Positions 9,162-18,181 of a stretch of DNA of 64,000 nt are shown here, one piece after another (the stretch's first letter is position 1; the number at the start of each line of letters is the position of its first letter). The position numbers and the translations under genes are program-made. Source of the stretch: Deltaproteobacteria bacterium (GTDB taxonomy: Bacteria > Myxococcota_A > Polyangia > JAAYKL01); contig JAUVDV010000007.1 of the NCBI GenBank assembly GCA_030595125.1, forward strand, positions 9,039 through 73,038. The letters run 5' to 3'. The notes under the pieces are model-generated. The model did no database searches. It was not told the DNA's origin and worked only from the letters and a program-made list of their open reading frames with translations.

Positions 9162-10193
9162 ATGTATATAAAAACAACCATTTCGATCTTTTCCCTGACG
9201 TTCATTGTCTCCGCGTGCGGATCCACATGCTCCGATGATCGCAGTGGCGCCGCGCAATCGACCGAACCACCAGAACAGACGAGCGCCACCCCCGATCCTC
9301 CCGCAAAGATCGCGGTGTCCCCTCTGAGTGTCGAGGCAAGGGAGTCGGGCATCAAGCCTCTCGTTCACACCGCTTCTCTTTCAACAGCCGGGACCGACGA
9401 TACATCCGATCCGGAGGCCCTGATCGTGGTTCGCGCCGGCGAATCGTCCGCGCTGCAAGGGATCACCCACGGGAAGGGAACGGAATGCTGGGTAGAGTCG
9501 GGATGGGAGGTCGATTTCGGGCTCGGACCCCTCGAGGATTTGTTGATGAAGTGGGTTACGATCGACAAGCGCGGAGCGGTTACCATCAAACCGCCAAGAG
9601 AAGCGCTCGGAGTCGCATTCATGTTGAGCGGCTGTGATCCGAAGAAGCCCGAGTGGACACGAAAAATTATTGCGATCGGCGCGGAGGGTCTTCATTCATA
9701 CAGATCCGCTCGCAGATACATTGAATCTCGATCAGGTGATACTGCCCTTCCCCCCGGCTTTCCGGACGAGGATCCGGTGCACTCGGTGAAGCTCACGCCG
9801 GTGGTCGTCTTTCGCTCTGACCTGGACGGGGACGGAAAGGGGGAGGTTCTGGTCTATGGATTCAAGAGCTGGCTGGACGACGAAGGGGATCAACTGGCCC
9901 AGGCGGGGGAGTTGGGAATAGTGTGGTCAAATCCCGAGAAGCGATCGTCTTCCGCTGTCTTTGGCCTTTCCCAGGGAGTTGCTTTTCCGTTTTTTCACGT
10001 GGTGCCCCCCGAGTTGAACGGCGGCTCCCATTTGTTCTACGGCGTACACCGCTGCTGCGGCGGGACCACCCTGCGCCACCATCACCTGTCAGGCACGATC
10101 TTCTCCGATGAGATATTCGAGACGAAGGAGGGAGATCGCTCCGTTTTCCTGACTCCCTCCGCCGATGGGCGGGCCAGGATCGCCATCGATTGA
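9162..10193 (+). CDS. Hypothetical lipoprotein with an FG-GAP-like DxDGDG segment
   Basis: Start MYIKTTISIFSLTFIVSACGS (lipobox). Contains FRSDLDGDGKGEVLVYGF. Confidence 0.5.
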   Translation: MYIKTTISIFSLTFIVSACGSTCSDDRSGAAQSTEPPEQTSATPDPPAKIAVSPLSVEARESGIKPLVHTASLSTAGTDDTSDPEALIVVRAGESSALQGITHGKGTECWVESGWEVDFGLGPLEDLLMKWVTIDKRGAVTIKPPREALGVAFMLSGCDPKKPEWTRKIIAIGAEGLHSYRSARRYIESRSGDTALPPGFPDEDPVHSVKLTPVVVFRSDLDGDGKGEVLVYGFKSWLDDEGDQLAQAGELGIVWSNPEKRSSSAVFGLSQGVAFPFFHVVPPELNGGSHLFYGVHRCCGGTTLRHHHLSGTIFSDEIFETKEGDRSVFLTPSADGRARIAID

Positions 10194-10418
10194 GCGGCGC
10201 AGACGATTCTTAATGACAACCAGGTTGGCAGGTAACCGCAAACTCGGTTGACATAATGGTCGTGAAAAATGTGTCTGGCACCCTTGTGGTTGGGTTGTTA
10301 GAGATGGCTGAAAGATTAATATAATCATATGTTTGGCGATAACACCTCCATGTGGCCGGCTATTTGCAATTTAGCAGAATGCCATGGGTTGGACACCCGG
10401 TCGGTTGCTGACAAGGAG

Positions 10419-12437
10419 GAAAATGTCATGAAAAGGTTATCTCTCGCAATAATGGTTCTGGTCGTCGGTTACGCGATGATGCACATGAGTTGCATGGATC
10501 GAGAGCCCGCGCCGGTCTGCCCGGTTCCCACCGAACTCAACGTGACCGAGGCGATGATCGGTGGTTTCGAGGGCGTGGACATGCTGGTTGTCGTGGATAA
10601 CTCCGGTTCCATGGCGGAGGAGCAGGAGATCCTGGCCACCGCGTTTTTCCCCCTGGTAAATTCGCTGGTCAATCCGCTCCCCGACTGGGGTTGGCCCAGT
10701 GTGGACGATGTTCGCATCGCCATCGTCACGTCGGACATGGGGCTATCCTGGGGCGGAAATCCCTACGAGGAGGGCGACGGATGGCCGGGAACACCTCCGT
10801 GCACCGCGACGGGTGACAACGGTGTGTTTCAGACATACGACAGCGGCATGACTATAGACATCGAGCACGACGTGATTTCGTGCGACAGCACCAATGCCCA
10901 GTGCCCAACCGGCTGGACCTGCAGCGCAAGCGATTCAGATGAAATCGGCACTTGCCAGGCCCCCGGCGGAGATGGCGCCAACCAGCTTTGTCCGGACTTG
11001 AACTCCACCTGGTCCGAGATCCTGCCGAACTCCCCCAACGCGGACATGGCGTTCGAGGTGGCGTGCCTGGCGGATCAGGGGACCAACGGCTGCGGTTTCG
11101 AGCAGCAGCTTCAGTCCGCCGCAGCGGCGCTGAGTCGATCCGATCAGGATACCTTCGTTCGAGAAAAGCGCCTGCTGACCATCTTGGTAGTCAGCGACGA
11201 GGGTGACTGCTCCATGGAGGACGGTCCGGCAATGTTCGCCTCCGACGAGATCCAGGATGAGAGCGGAATATCCAAGAAGAATATCGCTTGCGGGGAAAAC
11301 CCGGATTTCCTGTACGATGTCGAGCACTATTTCACCACGTTCACCGGGTTCAAAGAAGCTCCCAACAGCGTGATCTTTGCGTCCATCATCGGTGTGCCCA
11401 CGGAGAATGTTTGTCAGGGCACCGGCGACACTCTGGGCGATTGTCTCGATCACCCGGACATGGAGCTCAACCCGGTGGTCAAACCGGGTCCGACCGGCAC
11501 CGACACCTGGTACTACGAGGACGCGTGTACTCGCGGCACCGTGACCCAGGCCAAGCCGGGACGTCGCTACGTCCAGCTGGCCAACGAAGAGTTTGGAAAA
11601 ATGAGCTACGTCTACTCCATTTGTAATGCCGATTGGGGCCCCGCCATGGCGGAGATCGCGCGTCTCATCGCGTCCCAGATAGAGGGAACCTGCTACGAGA
11701 AACCCCTCGACTGGGATCCCTCCACCAGACAGGCCAAGTGCGACGTGGTAGTCGAGTACATCAACCCGGAAGACGACGAGTGTCCCGGCAATTTCGACGA
11801 CGACGAACCGGTCATTGTCAAAGATGAGAACGATGACGAGGTGGAGAACACCTTCGTATACTGCCGCATGCCCAAGATCGCGGCGCCCAAAGACTGCGCC
11901 GATATCGACGAGGGCAGCATGAACGACAAGTTCGGCTGGTACTACTGTGAGAATCTCGGTCGTGAGGATTTCAAGGATGCGTGCGAGGATGGCAGCGACA
12001 ACGACAACGACGGTCTGGTGGATTGCGATGACCCGGATTGTCAGGCCTGCCAGCTTTGCGGCGGCACCGAGGCGTGTACCGGCCTCTGCAAGTACATGGT
12101 CCAGCTCACCGCACCCGCCGAGGAAGAATCCATGCACCGTTCCATCTCCGTACAGTGCCTGCAGCAGTTCTCATTCGAGGACGAGAACTGCCAGGAGGAC
12201 TCACAAAAGGCGTGCGAAGATGGTCTGGACAACGACGGGAACGGCATCTGGGACTGCGACGCCGTGAGCGTCGACGATGACGAGGACAATCCGCACATGG
12301 CGGATCCCAATTGCTGCCCCATGATCAAGGAAGGCACGTCCTGTAAAAAGGTCAACACCGATTATTGCGGCGGAGGCGATGCCGGCAATATCGACGCCTG
12401 TCTGGCACACGCCAGCCTGCTCGGTTGCACTCTTTAG
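10419..12437 (+). CDS. Secreted von Willebrand factor A (VWA) domain protein with an extensive Cys-rich region and two CxDGxDNDxDG metal-binding-like motifs
   Basis: RBS aaggagg 8 nt upstream. Signal peptide MKRLSLAIMVLVVGYAMMHMSC. MIDAS-type motif VVVDNSGSM. More than 40 Cys in total, including ACEDGSDNDNDGLVDCDDPDC and ACEDGLDNDGNGIWDCDA. Confidence 0.7.
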   Translation, partial: ENVMKRLSLAIMVLVVGYAMMHMSCMDREPAPVCPVPTELNVTEAMIGGFEGVDMLVVVDNSGSMAEEQEILATAFFPLVNSLVNPLPDWGWPSVDDVRIAIVTSDMGLSWGGNPYEEGDGWPGTPPCTATGDNGVFQTYDSGMTIDIEHDVISCDSTNAQCPTGWTCSASDSDEIGTCQAPGGDGANQLCPDLNSTWSEILPNSPNADMAFEVACLADQGTNGCGFEQQLQSAAAALSRSDQDTFVREKRLLTILVVSDEGDCSMEDGPAMFASDEIQDESGISKKNIACGENPDFLYDVEHYFTTFTGFKEAPNSVIFASIIGVPTENVCQGTGDTLGDCLDHPDMELNPVVKPGPTGTDTWYYEDACTRGTVTQAKPGRRYVQLANEEFGKMSYVYSICNADWGPAMAEIARLIASQIEGTCYEKPLDWDPSTRQAKCDVVVEYINPEDDECPGNFDDDEPVIVKDENDDEVENTFVYCRMPKIAAPKDCADIDEGSMNDKFGWYYCENLGREDFKDACEDGSDNDNDGLVDCDDPDCQACQLCGGTEACTGLCKYMVQLTAPAEEESMHRSISVQCLQQFSFEDENCQEDSQKACEDGLDNDGNGIWDCDAVSVDDDEDNPHMADPNCCPMIKEGTSCKKVNTDYCGGGDAGNIDACLAHASLLGCTL

Positions 12438-12564
12438 CTCACGTTCCGCGCCCTCTTTATCCATAAACGGTCTTTGCCCTACACTTCGGTTGACAGACAC
12501 AAACCTCTTGGAGCCTAATTGACCGAAACCGCCATTCCCCGTGGGGGAAAAGGAGAGTCGACTC

Positions 12565-13362
12565 ATGATCCCATCGACGTTGCGCCAACCCCTTTTCGCA
12601 TTTTGCGGCTTTGTGTTTGTCACCGCTTCTGCCGTGCTGATGATCGGCTGTTGCGACGAGATCGAAGCAAGGAGAGCCGAACTCGAGCAGCTCAACATCA
12701 CGCGGGTCTCCGAGGTGAGAGACCTGCGCGCCAAAGTTGTGAGCATAGAGGAATTGCAGCAACAGCTCGCCGCGACCAAATCCAAGCTCGACTCCACTGC
12801 GGGTCGAATGAACGATCTGGAGGCGCGAGAGGAGCTGGCTGACAAGCGATTGCAGACTCTCAAGGACCTGCTCGAAAGGCTCAAGGGCGTGATCGAATCC
12901 GGTGATCTCACGGTGCGCATCAAGCGTGGACGCATGGTCCTCGAACTCCCCAGCGCGATCCTGTTCAAGTCGGGCGAGGCTGACCTGAGCGACAAGGGCA
13001 AGGAGACCCTCGACAAGGTCGCCACCGTGCTCAAGGATATCAAGGACCGGAACTTCCAGGTGGCCGGCCACACCGACAACGTGCCCCTGAGCAAGGACAA
13101 CCCATTCGGCAGCAATTGGCATCTCAGCGCGGCCCGCGCCGTGTCTGTGGTGCAGTACCTGGTCGAGCAAAAGGTGAACCCCAGGAACCTCTCGGCCGCG
13201 GGTTACTCCCGCTATCGCCCGGTCGCGTCCAACAAGGGCGCCAAGGGCAAGGCCCGCAACCGCCGGATCTCCATCGCGCTGATGCCCAACCTCAAGGAAC
13301 TCCCCGACCTGACCACCCTCGAGGCCGAGTTCGGCCTCAAGGAGCCCGAGGTGGGGTATTGA
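12565..13362 (+). CDS. OmpA/MotB C-terminal-domain lipoprotein with an N-terminal coiled coil
   Basis: RBS aaggagag 7 nt upstream. Lipobox VLMIGCC. Coiled-coil region. OmpA_C signature FQVAGHTDNVP...NWHLSAARAVSVVQYL...AAGYS...NRRISI. There is a paralog at 62215. Confidence 0.78.
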   Translation: MIPSTLRQPLFAFCGFVFVTASAVLMIGCCDEIEARRAELEQLNITRVSEVRDLRAKVVSIEELQQQLAATKSKLDSTAGRMNDLEAREELADKRLQTLKDLLERLKGVIESGDLTVRIKRGRMVLELPSAILFKSGEADLSDKGKETLDKVATVLKDIKDRNFQVAGHTDNVPLSKDNPFGSNWHLSAARAVSVVQYLVEQKVNPRNLSAAGYSRYRPVASNKGAKGKARNRRISIALMPNLKELPDLTTLEAEFGLKEPEVGY

Positions 13363-13375
13363 GGAAAGTCATCAG

Positions 13376-14029
13376 ATGAACGAGAAGACATGCCGCCTGG
13401 CCGTCCTTCTGTCCGGGGCCGGTTCAACCATGGTCAACCTGCAGGAGCATATAGAGCGGGGCGACGTTCCCGCCAGTATCGAGATCGTCGTATCCAGCCG
13501 GCGCGGGGTCAAGGGGCTGGAACGGGCGGAGAGTGTCGGCATCCCCACGAGAGTGCTCACCAGAAAGGGTTTCAGAAGGGAAGGGGGCCTCGATATTGAG
13601 GCCTACTCGGCGGCGCTGGCCGACTTGCTGGAGGAGTATTCCCCAGATCTGGTGGTGATGGCGGGCTTCATGACTCGCCTGGCCGAACCCCTGCTGTCCC
13701 GTTACCCGGTCATGAACGTGCACCCTGCGCTTTTGCCCATGTTCGGCGGCGAGGGATATTACGGTCATCACGTGCACGAGGCGGTGCTGGAGGCCGGGGT
13801 CAAGGTGTCGGGAGCGACCGTCCATTTCGCTGAGGCCGAGTACGATCAAGGCCCTATCATCATGCAGGAGGCGGTCGAAGTGCGGCACGACGACACCGCA
13901 GATACCCTGGCAGCCCGTGTACAGGATGCCGAGCGCAGGATTTACCCGAAGGCCGTCGCCGCCTTCGCCAGAGGGCTCATTCGGGTGGATGGGCGCAGGG
14001 CGATCCTGGCGCCTGTGGAGGGAGAATGA
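13376..14029 (+). CDS. purN: Phosphoribosylglycinamide formyltransferase
   Basis: LAVLLSGAGSTMVNL...NVHPALLPMFGG...SGATVHF, the formyl transferase signature. Confidence 0.85.
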   Translation: MNEKTCRLAVLLSGAGSTMVNLQEHIERGDVPASIEIVVSSRRGVKGLERAESVGIPTRVLTRKGFRREGGLDIEAYSAALADLLEEYSPDLVVMAGFMTRLAEPLLSRYPVMNVHPALLPMFGGEGYYGHHVHEAVLEAGVKVSGATVHFAEAEYDQGPIIMQEAVEVRHDDTADTLAARVQDAERRIYPKAVAAFARGLIRVDGRRAILAPVEGE

Positions 14030-14517
14030 TGCTGTCGAGACACACCAGGCGTTTCCTTGCGGTCTTTTCGGTTCTGGCGCTTTTCGGCTGTTTCGCCTGC
14101 TCGGCGAAGAAGGCTCCAAATCCCGGTGACACCGTCCTGAAGCTACTCGATCTGCACAACCTGGCAGGGAAACTGCCCGGGGAACGGACGAAGGAGAATC
14201 GGGAAGTGGAGGTGGACAGGGCGAAGCTCACGGCGCTCATCGTGGATCTCGATGAGCACGATCCCTTCGTCGCCGATATCTACGTCGGCTTCGTGCTCGG
14301 TGTGCTTGCCAGTCACCAGGCACGCCTTTTCGTCACAGTGGAGGGATCCCGCGCCGAGGTCGCGGCGGGGAAGGCCGTAATCAAGATGCGTCTCGTAGAC
14401 GGCAACTGGAAGATAGCGCTCGGCGAGTCTGTGCCCCGTGAGATCAAGGAACGCGCTATTGTGGAGAAGAAGAATTACGAGGAGGCGAAGGCCGCGGGCG
14501 CTTCGGCCTCTCAGTAA
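14026..14517 (+). CDS. Hypothetical lipoprotein
   Basis: ATGA start/stop overlap with purN. Signal peptide and lipobox FLAVFSVLALFGCFACS. Confidence 0.5.
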   Translation: MMLSRHTRRFLAVFSVLALFGCFACSAKKAPNPGDTVLKLLDLHNLAGKLPGERTKENREVEVDRAKLTALIVDLDEHDPFVADIYVGFVLGVLASHQARLFVTVEGSRAEVAAGKAVIKMRLVDGNWKIALGESVPREIKERAIVEKKNYEEAKAAGASASQ

Positions 14518-14526
14518 ACCGGTTTC

Positions 14527-14967
14527 TCAGTTGGGAAGGCACACCTTGCGGTTCTCGGTTCCTCCACCTGTGGAGCGGCAATGGAACTCGGGATGAACGT
14601 AGTACTCGCAGTAGTTCTCTTCGTCTTCCACATTTTCGCAGGTTACAAAACAGTATTTTTCGGGTGCGGATTCCAGCGGCGCGCACACCTGGGGAAGGTC
14701 TGATTTGCATTCACCGTCGACGGCACAGCAATTTTCGTCGTCCAGACAGGTGTGGGTGCAGTATCCCCCCTCGACGTTTTCCGACAGGCACTCGATATCC
14801 CCCTCGATGGCGTCCGTGTCCGCCTCGGGGTAACATTCTTCCGGTCCTTCACATGGTTGTCCGGCGTACTCTTCGTTGTAATCGTCATTGTCATCATCAT
14901 AATCGCAGGCTGTGACATACACGCTCGCAACCAGCAGGAATACAGGCAGAACTATGACTATTTTCAT
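14527..14967 (-). CDS. Small secreted acidic Cys-rich protein
   Basis: RBS aaggagg 7 nt upstream. Signal peptide MKIVIVLPVFLLVASVYVTAC. 16 Cys in about 120 mature residues. Acidic (D/E-rich). Confidence 0.5.
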   Translation of the reverse strand: MKIVIVLPVFLLVASVYVTACDYDDDNDDYNEEYAGQPCEGPEECYPEADTDAIEGDIECLSENVEGGYCTHTCLDDENCCAVDGECKSDLPQVCAPLESAPEKYCFVTCENVEDEENYCEYYVHPEFHCRSTGGGTENRKVCLPN

Positions 14968-15087
14968 GAAGGGGCCTCCTTGTGAAGCAAATGTCATATT
15001 ATACAGGACGTTATGGGATTACAAAAGGGGTCCCGGGTTTGCTCTGCGCTTCTTCGAGTCGTGACACCTTTGCCCGGTGTGGTACTA

Positions 15088-15108
15088 TCCCGCCGAGTTG
15101 ATCCAACT
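15088..15108 (+). promoter_or_regulatory. Perfect 8-bp stem/3-nt loop hairpin (CCGAGTTG-ATC-CAACTCGG) immediately 5' of the RBS of the HdrD-like gene
   Basis: Seen directly: ccgccgagttgatccaactcggaaaaggagagagaaATG. Confidence 0.4.
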
Positions 15109-15125
15109 CGGAAAAGGAGAGAGAA

Positions 15126-17159
15126 ATGCCTGAGCTATCCGAAGCAACGCGACCTCTATATTGGAACATTTCTGCCGTGTGGCTCATGTATACGTTGTTC
15201 CTCATCGCTTTCGGAATCTTTTGTTGGGGTCTGTACAGACGGGTTTCTTCGTGGAGAAAAGGAAAGCCGGATGGCGAGCGGTTTTCCGACTGGGGCAAGC
15301 GTCTGTGGCTGCTCATCAAGGAGCTCGCCCTGCAGCAACGCGTGCGTGACTCCTGGCTCCCGGGCCTGTTTCACAGTTTGATCTTCTATTCATTTTTGGT
15401 CCTCATTTTCACGACGACAATCGTTGCCCTGGACTGCGATTTCGGGACCACCCTGTTTAGGGGATACCTGTACGTGGCCCTGACCATCGGCGCTGAGTTG
15501 GCCGGCTTGTTGGTTCTCATTGGAGTGGCAATCGCCATCCTCCGCCGCGCTGTGAAGCGTCCCAAAACACTGGACAACAGTTTCAGCGATACGTGGCCCC
15601 TGTGGTTGATCGCCGCGATCATATTGACCGGGTTCCTCATTGAAGGGCTGCGGATCTCTACCAGGGGAGATGAGTGGGCGGTCCTTTCTCCGGTGGGCCA
15701 GGGGCTCAGCCTGTTGTTTGCCGGGCTTTCGGAAGAATCCGGCGCCTGCGCGCACAAGATCTTGTGGTGGACACACACCGTCCTTTCCATGGCTTGGATC
15801 GCGCTGATACCATACACAAAGTTTTTCCATTTACTGGCCCTGCCCACCAATATCTTTTTTGCCAAACTGAAACCGCGAGGCGAGCTCTCCAGGGTCAACC
15901 TGGAGGAGCTCATGGATAGCGACGATTTCGACGAAGACACCTTTTCGGTCGGTGTGGAAACCGCGGTGGATTTCACCTGGAAGCAGCGGCTCGATTTTGA
16001 CGCCTGCATCTCCTGTGGCCGCTGTGAGGAGGTCTGTCCCGCGTTCGACATCGGCAATATCTTTTCTCCCAAGCAGTTTATTTCCTCGTGTCTGGACTTT
16101 CTCGACAAGAAGGCCGCAGACGGCGGTGACGCCGGTGAAACGGAGCCTCCAACCGTGGTAGGCGACGGGCTCGAAGGCGAGGAGTTCATCTGGTACTGCC
16201 GGACCTGCGCCGCTTGTATGGAGGTCTGCCCGGCCTGTATCGACCATGTGGATACGTTTATCGAGGTGAGGCGCAATCAGGTTCTGATTCAAGGAGAGCT
16301 GCCGGACGAGGCCGCGCGCGCGTTGCGAACGATGGACACCACGGGCAACCCGTTCGGTCATCAGGACGACCGGATGGATTGGATGAAAGATCTGGACATC
16401 CGCGTAGTCGGTTCGGGCGAGAAGTGCGATGTGATTTACTGGCCCGGATGTTTTACATCGTTTGATCTGACCAAGCAGCAGATCGCCCGGGACTTCTGCA
16501 AGCTGCTTTCCCAGTGCGGGGTAGAGTTTGGAGTGCTTGGCAAGGATGAAATATGTTGCGGTGATCCGGCGCGGGTCATCGGCGATGAGCGTATATTTCA
16601 GGAGGCCGTGGACAAACAGGTCGAATTGCTCAACAAGCGCGAGTTCCGTGTGTTGGTTACCTCATGCCCCCATTGTTACAACACCCTCAAGAACGAGCAT
16701 CCGCAGTTCGGCGGCAATTACAACGTCGTGCATTACACCGAGTTCCTGCACGAATTGATCTCGTCCGGCAAGCTCGCGCCCGAGTCCGCAAGCACCAGGC
16801 GAGTCACCTACCAGGATCCGTGCTACCTGGGGCGCTATCAGAACGTTTACGACGAACCGCGGAAGGTCATCCAGAAGGTCGCCAACTCAAAGATCCTGGA
16901 GATGAAGGACTCGCAGCGGCGCTCAATGTGTTGCGGCGGAGGCGGCGGTCATTACTGGATGGACCTGAAGAGCGACGATCGTATCAACAACATGAGGATC
17001 CAGCAGGCGATCGACGCCGGGGCGGAAACCGTGGTCACCAGCTGCGCCTATTGCAAGCAGATGCTGGAGGATGCGGTCAAGGCCCTGGATCTCGATGAGC
17101 AACTCGAGGTTATGGATGTCGCGTCCCTCGTGGTCTTTAATTCACCGACTGACGAATAG
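15126..17159 (+). CDS. Membrane-bound Fe-S oxidoreductase, HdrD/DsrK-like. NarI-like heme-b membrane domain fused to 2x[4Fe-4S] ferredoxin and 2 CCG domains.
   Basis: N-terminal 5-6 TM helices. CISCGRCEEVCP and CRTCAACMEVCP cluster motifs. Two cysteine-rich CCG motifs (EICCGDP..., SMCCGGGGGHYW...CAYCKQ). RBS aaaaggagagag upstream. Confidence 0.72.
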   Translation: MPELSEATRPLYWNISAVWLMYTLFLIAFGIFCWGLYRRVSSWRKGKPDGERFSDWGKRLWLLIKELALQQRVRDSWLPGLFHSLIFYSFLVLIFTTTIVALDCDFGTTLFRGYLYVALTIGAELAGLLVLIGVAIAILRRAVKRPKTLDNSFSDTWPLWLIAAIILTGFLIEGLRISTRGDEWAVLSPVGQGLSLLFAGLSEESGACAHKILWWTHTVLSMAWIALIPYTKFFHLLALPTNIFFAKLKPRGELSRVNLEELMDSDDFDEDTFSVGVETAVDFTWKQRLDFDACISCGRCEEVCPAFDIGNIFSPKQFISSCLDFLDKKAADGGDAGETEPPTVVGDGLEGEEFIWYCRTCAACMEVCPACIDHVDTFIEVRRNQVLIQGELPDEAARALRTMDTTGNPFGHQDDRMDWMKDLDIRVVGSGEKCDVIYWPGCFTSFDLTKQQIARDFCKLLSQCGVEFGVLGKDEICCGDPARVIGDERIFQEAVDKQVELLNKREFRVLVTSCPHCYNTLKNEHPQFGGNYNVVHYTEFLHELISSGKLAPESASTRRVTYQDPCYLGRYQNVYDEPRKVIQKVANSKILEMKDSQRRSMCCGGGGGHYWMDLKSDDRINNMRIQQAIDAGAETVVTSCAYCKQMLEDAVKALDLDEQLEVMDVASLVVFNSPTDE

Positions 17160-17162
17160 GGC

Positions 17163-18056
17163 TCAGATCCAGGTGATGGCAGAGACCGTGTACCCGTTGT
17201 AGGTGATCGAATAGTCGCTATCGACACACGTTATCGCCTGATCATCTTGTACGAGCTGGCTGTAAGAGCCGTTGTAGGTCCCGGTGAAGAGGATGGTGCC
17301 CGAGCCGTTCTTCACGTAGAAATCGTCGCAGCACGACTCCACGTCGTAGGTGCCGACAATGCACAGGGCCACCGCTCCGAGACCGCTCAGGTCCCACAGC
17401 CTATAAGCGCTGTCCGATGAATAGCAATACTCGTCATCGTAGTAGCCGCTCGTGTCGAAGGGGATTCCCGTGGTGTAACTATTGGGCAGGGGGCAGCTGA
17501 GCGCGGCCCACTCCAATTCGGCGGTGAAGGCGCTCTCTAGCGGGGTTCCGCACACGTCGGTCACGCCGGTGCTCACCTCGATGGTGTAGGTTTCGCCCCA
17601 GCTGACCCCGGAGAACGCGATATCGTAGGTCGCTCCATCTACCTGAGTGATCGAGTCGAGCACTCCCGAGCCGCCGGAAGTGGCGGTCCAGGTGACGGAG
17701 GCGCCGTCCACGTTTTCCACGTCCTCGCTGAAGGTGAGCTGGTACGTGCCCGAGGTGTCGACCGCTTGCAAGCTAATCGCGATGTCACTTGTTACTGACG
17801 GCGCCCCGGCTACCGGATCGGTACACTCGGAATCGGTATCGGAGTCGGTGTCGGAATCAGTGTCAGAATCGGTATCGGAGTCGGTATCAGAATCGGAGTC
17901 GGTATCGGAGTCCGTATCGGAGTCGGAGTCCGAATCGGAGTCCGAATCCGTATCCCCTCCTCCGGTGGGCTTGATCTCCGTATCCACGCATCCGGACACC
18001 AGCCCGATCAGCGCGAGCGTGGTTACAATGTACCGGATCATTTTTAGTTGCCGCAT
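17163..18056 (-). CDS. (S/T)D-repeat lipoprotein with a Cys-containing C-terminal globular domain
   Basis: RBS gaggag. Lipobox LALIGLVSGC. 60-aa DSDSDTDSD tract. C-terminal domain with about 8 Cys. Confidence 0.6.
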   Translation of the reverse strand: MRQLKMIRYIVTTLALIGLVSGCVDTEIKPTGGGDTDSDSDSDSDSDTDSDTDSDSDTDSDTDSDTDSDTDSDTDSECTDPVAGAPSVTSDIAISLQAVDTSGTYQLTFSEDVENVDGASVTWTATSGGSGVLDSITQVDGATYDIAFSGVSWGETYTIEVSTGVTDVCGTPLESAFTAELEWAALSCPLPNSYTTGIPFDTSGYYDDEYCYSSDSAYRLWDLSGLGAVALCIVGTYDVESCCDDFYVKNGSGTILFTGTYNGSYSQLVQDDQAITCVDSDYSITYNGYTVSAITWI

Positions 18057-18181
18057 GAAAGGTCTCCTCACACTTATTGCGCCCGATATGTTTTTTTCAA
18101 CTCTTCGCACGCTGTGAAGGGTATTTTATCATAGGAACTGTTATAAATGGGACATCGTTTTTAAAGGGACTTGGGACTAAT

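Noticed and set aside
10200-10418. Sigma70-like promoter (TTGACA ... TATAAT-like at about 10240-10320) upstream of the VWA gene
   Set aside because: Several AT-rich hexamers are present but none has convincing -35/-10 spacing. Myxococcota promoters are poorly predicted by E. coli consensus. Left unannotated.
10935-12137. 400-aa ORF antisense to the VWA gene
   Set aside because: High-GC genomes generate long spurious antisense ORFs. There is no RBS, no recognisable motif, and the codon pattern mirrors the sense gene.
15386-16276. 296-aa ORF antisense to the HdrD-like gene, plus others at 12201-13115, 12457-13170, 18161-18946, 19223-20071 and 22036-22929
   Set aside because: These are all antisense or overlapping shadows of well-supported genes, with low-complexity or Arg/Pro-rich translations typical of GC-rich frame artefacts.
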